IMG/VR virus record: IMGVR_UViG_3300003309_000010 | Span: 20,391-84,390 of that record | Direction: 5' to 3' (one strand) | Length of the DNA stretch: 64,000 bases | Source of the DNA: a virus | In this document: in pieces, positions 57,321 through 64,000 of the stretch | How the letters are laid out: every line of letters starts with the position of its first letter | Numbering within the stretch: the stretch's first letter is position 1 | Program-made: the position numbers and the translations under genes | The notes under the pieces: generated by a model | Database searches by the model: none | Seen by the model: the letters and a program-made list of their open reading frames with translations, nothing else | Told to the model about the DNA's origin: nothing

Positions 57321-57864
57321 TACCATTGAGCAAAAATGGATTAGTAAGGCCGACCGCATTTTGCGGTTCGGTCCTTATACAGAACTCAGAGACGACTGCG
57401 TTGAACTGATAAATGAGTTACCGTACATGGATGATGATACGGTTTTCGTGTATTTACAAAAGATCGTCGACCGACTATTGGGTAGTGGGGAGACTTCCTG
57501 CACATCTTCTGTTCTGGGAGAGTTCGGCGTAGGGGTCTTGTCAGGGATGCGTGTTAGATTCAGTGGCGAATTTGATTTATCGCCCAGTAACGGCGATGTC
57601 CCGCCAGACCTGTTGGCTACGGCGTTGAAACGACACGATCGCGGAGACCAATTGTTTGAATGGCTTAACCTCAATCAGGACTACTGTAACCTTGATTGTT
57701 TGGTTAGCTTCCATCGACATTTGGTTGCAGAGCTCATTCAGATTATGGGACCGGAAAGAGCTTACCGTTGGGGTCGAAAATACATCAGTTATGCGTTAGC
57801 GATATCCCACCGTCATCGTTTACAGAGTTTAACTAAACAGTTGAAGGAGGAATCTCATGTCTAA
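57313..57864 (+). CDS. Alpha-helical paralog family member B5
   Basis: LPYMDDDTVF...MRVRFSGEF. Confidence 0.8.
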   Translation: MIDTIEQKWISKADRILRFGPYTELRDDCVELINELPYMDDDTVFVYLQKIVDRLLGSGETSCTSSVLGEFGVGVLSGMRVRFSGEFDLSPSNGDVPPDLLATALKRHDRGDQLFEWLNLNQDYCNLDCLVSFHRHLVAELIQIMGPERAYRWGRKYISYALAISHRHRLQSLTKQLKEESHV

Positions 57865-58486
57865 TGGGAATTTACAACCTTATATAGATAAGTTGATATC
57901 GTTCGCGACGTCTCCGAATTACAAGACTAACTATCTAAATAAGGACGAATGGGATAAGCTACTCTCCGAGTCCCCGGTGATGACAGATCGAGACATTATA
58001 GACGCTGTAGAAGCAGCGTCTATGTCTATCGAAATTGATTATTGGGACGTGCTTTTAGATAACACGCTGAAACAGTCTTGCTTGCTTGAAGAACTTGCAC
58101 TTAAATTAATGCAGCATCAAAGACGCGCTAATCCGTCCCAGTTCCCAGATGACATTTTTGGATCTGAACTCGTCGGCGTTAACTTGAATTTAGTGTTTGC
58201 GGTTGCCAAGGCAAAGTGCCGTAAGCCTCGCACTTTGACGGAACTGCATAATGCAATTTACGATGACTTTTATTTCAAACACGTAACGTTGGATAACATG
58301 AAAAGCTTTTTTCAACAGTTAACCGAACACGCCGTGGGTCACAGCAGTATCGTATTTGCGGAAGAGATTACTCAAGCCATTTCGGTTGTAGAAAGACGTT
58401 TTCTACGGCGAGTTTACCGGCAAGACCTAAACAAACTGTTCACCTACTACGTTGTTGAATTAGCAGGTGACGAATCTGAGGAATAA
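57857..58486 (+). CDS. Alpha-helical paralog family member B6
   Basis: SPVMTDRDII...QRRANPSQF. Confidence 0.8.
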   Translation: MSNGNLQPYIDKLISFATSPNYKTNYLNKDEWDKLLSESPVMTDRDIIDAVEAASMSIEIDYWDVLLDNTLKQSCLLEELALKLMQHQRRANPSQFPDDIFGSELVGVNLNLVFAVAKAKCRKPRTLTELHNAIYDDFYFKHVTLDNMKSFFQQLTEHAVGHSSIVFAEEITQAISVVERRFLRRVYRQDLNKLFTYYVVELAGDESEE

Positions 58487-58489
58487 ACC

Positions 58490-59128
58490 ATGACAGACAC
58501 ATTAGAAAAACTTAACCTTGTGGCGGAGCTCGACGTGTTGGGTAAAGCTCTTAAAGATAAAATCGTCGACCACATTAATGACGAATCCCCACACGACAAG
58601 GACGCAATAAAGCGTCTTATTCATTTGTTCCCGCCAATGCTCGATTACAAAGTGCTGATTATCATCTATGCAGCGGCTAAGGAAGTTGACTTCAAACCCG
58701 AAGATGCTATAAACACTAAAGTGCCGCATCAGCTCAAACGATTGCGTGACTTGGCGCTGGAAGTGATGATGCATTTGCGTCGAGTGTCACCGCAGGATTA
58801 CAATCTTCTCCCTTACAAAGATGAAGTGTCTCCCGCACTGGTTGACATCATGTCTGCGGGTAGCGTAATATCGGAAGTCAAACTTTACCTATCGGTGGTT
58901 CAAGAGTACGATCAATATCTCGACAGAGTTACGTTGCGTAATCTGGAACACTTCCGGATAAAACTGATAGACAGAGTTATCTCTCGCGGGACTCGTACGC
59001 CAGAGGGTGCGATGTACTTAACCGACGCGGTTGAAAAGCGGCTCTTGAAAAAGTTCCACTCTGACGCGTTAGAAGCTGTGCTGAAACCGGTAGCCGATAA
59101 ATTTGAAGCTGCCAAGTCCGAGGGTTAG
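58490..59128 (+). CDS. Alpha-helical paralog family member B7
   Basis: FPPMLDYKVL...LRRVSPQDY. Confidence 0.8.
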   Translation: MTDTLEKLNLVAELDVLGKALKDKIVDHINDESPHDKDAIKRLIHLFPPMLDYKVLIIIYAAAKEVDFKPEDAINTKVPHQLKRLRDLALEVMMHLRRVSPQDYNLLPYKDEVSPALVDIMSAGSVISEVKLYLSVVQEYDQYLDRVTLRNLEHFRIKLIDRVISRGTRTPEGAMYLTDAVEKRLLKKFHSDALEAVLKPVADKFEAAKSEG

Positions 59129-59142
59129 TCGTATAGAACGAC

Positions 59143-59174
59143 AAAGTTAAGTTAATGTCGACTTAACTTTTTTG
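59143..59174 (+). terminator. Rho-independent terminator
   Basis: AAAGTTAAGT...ACTTAACTTT then a T-tract. Confidence 0.65.
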
Positions 59175-59750
59175 ATGGGAATGGGTAGTATGTTTACAAA
59201 TCACGAAGAGAAAGTCGCTTCGGCTGTTGATTTATTATTATCTGACGTCTCTATATACCGGACAGTTGTAGACGAACTCTTGGTTGATGTGAAATACTTG
59301 ACCGATAACGAAGTATTCGAATATTGTACATTGGTGATAGATAGGATGATGCGAATAATAAAGAAGTGTCGGTATAACACCGGGGATCGAGTAGAGAAGT
59401 TTATTATCTATTGTCTTATCCATCAACGGTATAAGAAAGGGTACCTTGCTGACATTAACGTTGGTTTAGGTGATATACCTTACCACGGTATATCACCGTT
59501 GTTGGATGTTAAGGTGGACATCCAAAAGATGCAAGAAAAAATGCAATGTAAGCGGTATAGCCGTCTATTGACACTAAGTATTGAACCACGATTTATTGGT
59601 CAATTGCGATATGTGTTATCTGGTTTGGTCACGCACGGTAGCCCCGATATAAGAGCTAACCTATTTATGTTTTTAGGGTTCAGGTTACATTTTAAACAAC
59701 GGTTAGACGCTCTCGCTGTCAACCTCATACTAGCGTCACAAAATCGATAG
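59172..59750 (+). CDS. Alpha-helical paralog family member B8
   Basis: YLTDNEVF...HQRYKKGY; start uncertain (maybe 59190). Confidence 0.7.
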   Translation: MMGMGSMFTNHEEKVASAVDLLLSDVSIYRTVVDELLVDVKYLTDNEVFEYCTLVIDRMMRIIKKCRYNTGDRVEKFIIYCLIHQRYKKGYLADINVGLGDIPYHGISPLLDVKVDIQKMQEKMQCKRYSRLLTLSIEPRFIGQLRYVLSGLVTHGSPDIRANLFMFLGFRLHFKQRLDALAVNLILASQNR

Positions 59751-59771
59751 ATAGTATGTTACTTGTTTCAC

Positions 59772-59820
59772 GGTGGGTTGGGAATACATTAGTTCCTTCA
59801 ACGCCCAACCCACCCTTTTT
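59772..59820 (+). terminator. Terminator before the DNA polymerase
   Basis: GGTGGGTTGGG...CCCAACCCACC then CTTTTT. Confidence 0.65.
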
Positions 59821-59846
59821 AATTTGGATAAAATAGGATTAGTCTC

Positions 59847-62039
59847 ATGGCGTTTACCTACCCACTCGATGAATATTCGAGAGACTATGACATCGTAAGT
59901 ATCTGGTATCGACAAATGGTCGACGGGTTGATGCGGATGATGCGACTTTCCCGCGAAGCGGCGGAGAGACATGTCAAGAAAGCTTTGGACGATGCCGACT
60001 TTAGTAAGTACGTGTGTCGATTTACTAAGCGTGGTGAGAATGGTGATAGAAAGATAGTCCAGTGTAACTTGTTAGACTATTTAAGAACTGTCGACAGTAA
60101 GGGACTCATCATGAGTCCCACTATGACCACATATCTCCCTCCTGAAGTGAAAAAGAGCGTCCCTACGGAAGTTATCTCTACAGACCAAGCGCTCAGGAGT
60201 AAAGTTAAAAAGGCTGCACAGGCGGCTAAACAGAAAGGGGATACCACTGCTGCACAAATCGGCACTGGAATACAAAACTCTTTAAAGCGACTAATTAATT
60301 CATGGTCTGGTGCTGGTCTTAGCCCACACACACCGCTTTATCTGAAGAGTTTACACCCAACACTGACCACAATGTGTCGGATATCCACCGCCTTAGCCAC
60401 GGCCTCTGTTGAGCGTTTATTGTCAGGTACTCGATACTACCACAAACCAGATAGGGTTATCGAGGACATACTCAACACGGTCGACACCATGTCACAAAGC
60501 ATGGTTGAGCGTGCGATGTATCTTTATGAACTGAAAGTCCCTACTGTTGATGAGTTGATGGTTATCGTTAACCGTAGCACGGAGTTCTATTGGGACGATG
60601 CTAAATTCAAGGCGTCTATTCATAAACTACTATCCACCCTGAGAGATTGGGAGCGGGTTGCATTCGCGTACTCTGGCGATTTCTACCATCTATTCTTACA
60701 CAATAAAACCTTTACCAAGGAGATGTTGTCAGAGGCATGTTCAGAAGATAATGGGCGTCTTAAGAAGGTAGAAGAATACGCTCTTGAGAAGTTGGATGAA
60801 GATCAAGAAGTGCTACTGACGAACCTCATTGGAGAGGAAATCAAAGGGAAGAAATTGCACGAAGCGTTGGAAGAAAATACCACCATTAAGATTAAAGCAA
60901 ATAAAATCGCGAATAATCTGCTTCACGTGTTCGAAGATAAATACCGTCATCTTATTGAGACGTTCTTTAGGGTCCCTACATTCCCGATAGACACAGCACG
61001 ACAAGATAAAGCAATTCGTCGCACTGTCCCATTGGGCGATACCGATTCCACCGTGTATACAACGAAGACTATCTCCGAACTATTCTATGGTCGCGGCGGA
61101 TTCGATGTTGCATTGGAACCCATTAACGATGTAATGGTATATTTTGTCAACGGGGTTATTGCAAACGCATTAGGTAATTTCACCGGTCAACTTAACGTTC
61201 CTCACGATCGCAGAAAATTGCTGGTCATGAAAAATGAATTCAAATTCCCTACTGTACAAATTACGCCTGTAGCAAAGACGTATCATGCACACGTTAAAGC
61301 GGAGGAAGGGAACGTGTATAAAGACCCTCAATGGGAGATGAAGGGACAACGGTTCCATGCAGGTAGAGGTAACCGGAAAATAGTGGGCGAACTTCATGAG
61401 TGGATGAAAGAAGGAAAGCTCAAACTGAACAACGGCGAACGTATAGATCGTGGTGAGCTGGTCGATATGATTTGCGGCGTAGAACACGATCTTCAAGCGT
61501 CCCTATCAAGGAAAGACGATGTTTACTATGAGTTTATGAAAATAAAACCCATAGAGGAATACAATAAACCCATGTCAGAGCCGTGGGGCAAACATCGGAT
61601 GTATGAACTGATGTTCTCTAATACGCACGGGAAGGCGCCTGAACCCACCTACACCGCATACAAGATCCCGCTACTGTTCCCGAGCGGTTTCATGGCATGG
61701 TTTGATTCATTGAGTAGTTTCCACCAGACGCAGTACAGGAAATGGGTTGATGAGTTAAGTCAAGCAATGCCTAAAGGAAAAGCGTGGCCTTTGGATAAAG
61801 CGCCGACCTTTACCATTATACCTACTGAAGCATTGGTGTTACATGGGTTACCAGAACCACTCAAAGGGGTAGTCGATCTTCGTAAACTCGCAGGAACCGC
61901 ACTGGACTCCCACTATCTCAATTTAGGTAGTATGGGAATTAATTTAGATTATGAGTCCAAAGGGAAAGGACTACTGTTATCACAAGCAATCGAGACTGAT
62001 GACGAGCTGTCTGAGAACGCGGAGATATTATTAGCATGA
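59847..62039 (+). CDS. Family B DNA polymerase, polymerase-domain subunit (phiKZ gp50-like)
   Basis: Motif B LKRLINSWSGA and motif C LGDTDS; lies upstream of chimallin. Confidence 0.88.
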   Translation: MAFTYPLDEYSRDYDIVSIWYRQMVDGLMRMMRLSREAAERHVKKALDDADFSKYVCRFTKRGENGDRKIVQCNLLDYLRTVDSKGLIMSPTMTTYLPPEVKKSVPTEVISTDQALRSKVKKAAQAAKQKGDTTAAQIGTGIQNSLKRLINSWSGAGLSPHTPLYLKSLHPTLTTMCRISTALATASVERLLSGTRYYHKPDRVIEDILNTVDTMSQSMVERAMYLYELKVPTVDELMVIVNRSTEFYWDDAKFKASIHKLLSTLRDWERVAFAYSGDFYHLFLHNKTFTKEMLSEACSEDNGRLKKVEEYALEKLDEDQEVLLTNLIGEEIKGKKLHEALEENTTIKIKANKIANNLLHVFEDKYRHLIETFFRVPTFPIDTARQDKAIRRTVPLGDTDSTVYTTKTISELFYGRGGFDVALEPINDVMVYFVNGVIANALGNFTGQLNVPHDRRKLLVMKNEFKFPTVQITPVAKTYHAHVKAEEGNVYKDPQWEMKGQRFHAGRGNRKIVGELHEWMKEGKLKLNNGERIDRGELVDMICGVEHDLQASLSRKDDVYYEFMKIKPIEEYNKPMSEPWGKHRMYELMFSNTHGKAPEPTYTAYKIPLLFPSGFMAWFDSLSSFHQTQYRKWVDELSQAMPKGKAWPLDKAPTFTIIPTEALVLHGLPEPLKGVVDLRKLAGTALDSHYLNLGSMGINLDYESKGKGLLLSQAIETDDELSENAEILLA

Positions 62040-62212
62040 CTTGAGGTTATAAAACCCACAAGTTTACTTAGCTAAGTAAGGAATGACATGTATGATTTAG
62101 GAATACACACCCTCTAACATATATGTCGAAACATTTTCGATAATGATTGCACCTCCGTGCAATCCGTCGATACCCAATATTTGTACAAATAAATAATAAG
62201 GAGCCCAATAAC

Positions 62213-64000
62213 ATGGCTACATATCAAGACGATAAACCGTCTAACGTCGGTGGTACACCGCCTCAACCTAACGCCCAAAGTCCTGATGCGCAGCAGACCG
62301 GTAACCGTCAGGTAGCGAGTTTCACCAATTTAGGTGGTAACGTTGCTAGTTTGATGCAAGGTAACTCCGGACGATTGTCGAATCTGTTGGCTGAGTTCCG
62401 TAAACTCAAAAGCAGTAACCCTGTAGTGGAACGCTACGAAGCCTACATCATGACCAACCCCAACCTGCCTGGTGGTGAAGTGCTACTCTTCGTTATCCCA
62501 GTCGCCAATGAAGTCTACGTTAGTTCTGTCTTCAACGGCGATGCGGATTGGGATCGCGGGTATGAAATCGCTGGGCAGTCAATGGGTCGGATGCCAGAAT
62601 TTGGTTCAGTTAAAACAACACCTGCCGAAGTGGTAAACCGTGTGCTGTACCGTAAAGGTCCTACTGGTGACAACGAACCTTACATGCCTTACCGTGAAGA
62701 CCTGTTCAAATTCCTGAAATCAACCGCACCTGGTCTGCTGGCTGCCAATGCAACATCGAAAAACGTCATTTCGACTTTCACGCACGCTGTGCGTCGAGGT
62801 CAAGAAGTGGATGTCGCTCGACTGCTGGGCTTTGCCGACTTCGACACACGCGCCGTTGTCTTTGCCGTCAATAACCTGATTGATGAAGAAGCTGATTCTC
62901 TGTTGTCCAGTATGGGTAATAAAGTGTCAGTGTCCATGTCTTCGCACTCTCAGACAATTGATGGACTGGGGACACCGGTATTCGCTCCTATCGTTGTTCA
63001 GGTTTCGCGTCAAGGCAACAATGCGTATCGTAATGTCGGTGCTGGCGGTAACGTCGAACGCGTAGGTGAGATCTACGGCTATTTGGACGTTATTCCTATG
63101 GATGCTCAATCCTCGCATCAGTTGCGTGTACAACGTGCCAACGAACGCAATCTACCCATCGACCAGGTGCAGGTACCGGCAGTCAAACCAATCTTCGTTG
63201 TGACTGGAATGGAATGGTTGGCTAACAAGCCGTACCCTACCCCGGAAGCGATGTTGTTCATGTTGGATGCTCTGACCACCATGGGTGAAAACCCGCAATG
63301 GTTGCGTAAAGTCATTGATGCGCCTACCATCGGTTCCGCATCTTCAGACTACGACATCGGTGCCATCGGTTACTTGGGTAACGGTGAGAAAACCACCATT
63401 TACCAAAGTGGTGACTTGTCTGACGACGGCAGATTGATGCAGCACATTCTGGAATTCTGGGACACCATCTCGGTAGCTATCGATATCCCTAAGTCGGGTC
63501 CGTATCGTACTGCGCTGGAACTGTTGACCGAAATGACGCACGTCAACAGACTACTTCGTAACATCTACGGTGAACACGCCGTTCAACTGGACAAACCGCC
63601 CATCATTGCATCTATGCAGAAGATTCCTATCGGTATCTATCGGGATGCTAAAAATGTGTGGCGTGATAGCCGCGACGCGACTAACCTGATTACGTGGATG
63701 AATCGCATGGGCGGTACGCACGAATCCATTCAGGGTTGGTTGAACGACTGGGTTGCGCAGATTGGGTCACCTGACGAAATCTACGCGAAACGCTACAACC
63801 TGATTTCGACACTCATTGCTAACGAATCGTTTGAACTGACCAACGAGGTAACCCGTGTGGTTATCAATACGCAGTTGTTGCATGTATTGCATCAAAACAA
63901 CGGCATCAAAGGTGTTGAAGTGTCTGGTCGCAGCGTTACTCCGGCGGCGAACACTGACTTCGGATTTAAACCTGGCTCCTTCGGTGACGGTATCAGCTAC
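62213..64000 (+). CDS. chmA: Chimallin, phage nuclear shell protein; 3'-truncated
   Basis: 596 open codons to the window end; AAGGAG RBS; Q/P-rich N-terminus. Motifs GTPVFAPIVV, TPEAMLFML, DIGAIGYL, IPIGIYRD..WRDSRD parallel 201phi2-1 gp105 (GNPIRADIVV, TPEMYWFAL, DIGALGWM, IDLGNW..KRDRRD) as recalled. Confidence 0.9.
   Translation, partial: MATYQDDKPSNVGGTPPQPNAQSPDAQQTGNRQVASFTNLGGNVASLMQGNSGRLSNLLAEFRKLKSSNPVVERYEAYIMTNPNLPGGEVLLFVIPVANEVYVSSVFNGDADWDRGYEIAGQSMGRMPEFGSVKTTPAEVVNRVLYRKGPTGDNEPYMPYREDLFKFLKSTAPGLLAANATSKNVISTFTHAVRRGQEVDVARLLGFADFDTRAVVFAVNNLIDEEADSLLSSMGNKVSVSMSSHSQTIDGLGTPVFAPIVVQVSRQGNNAYRNVGAGGNVERVGEIYGYLDVIPMDAQSSHQLRVQRANERNLPIDQVQVPAVKPIFVVTGMEWLANKPYPTPEAMLFMLDALTTMGENPQWLRKVIDAPTIGSASSDYDIGAIGYLGNGEKTTIYQSGDLSDDGRLMQHILEFWDTISVAIDIPKSGPYRTALELLTEMTHVNRLLRNIYGEHAVQLDKPPIIASMQKIPIGIYRDAKNVWRDSRDATNLITWMNRMGGTHESIQGWLNDWVAQIGSPDEIYAKRYNLISTLIANESFELTNEVTRVVINTQLLHVLHQNNGIKGVEVSGRSVTPAANTDFGFKPGSFGDGISY

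Noticed and set aside
62880-63541. Short ORF-track ORFs inside the final 1.8 kb
   Set aside because: They lie within or antisense to the chimallin reading frame.

Overview
This is a 64-kb segment of a phiKZ-like, nucleus-forming jumbo phage (Chimalliviridae). Core genes in order: 3' part of the virion RNAP beta subunit, a gp177-like head protein, a gp176-like small vRNAP subunit, the gp175-type prohead protease, a gp32-like virion protein, tubulin PhuZ, tail tube and sheath (minus strand), gp28/27/26-like structural genes, large terminase, virion RNAP beta' (catalytic motif DHDGD), a conserved minus-strand operon, the gp50-type family B DNA polymerase, and chimallin (ChmA). ChmA runs off the window end and is absent from the ORF track. 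Accessory blocks sit between the core genes. (i) An early-promoter-driven cluster of small membrane proteins. (ii) Three hexapeptide-repeat (left-handed beta-helix) genes and two tandem GNAT acetyltransferases flanking the terminase. (iii) A family of about 15 diverged alpha-helical paralogs in two arrays (32-39 kb and 53-60 kb), linked by a near-identical promoter/RBS cassette duplicated 20.4 kb apart; the second copy carries only half of a terminator hairpin. (iv) A second paralog family with a GPLG motif. I saw no tRNA, CRISPR array, intron or intein. All homology calls come from motif recognition, synteny and memory of phiKZ/201phi2-1/SPN3US proteins, not from database searches.
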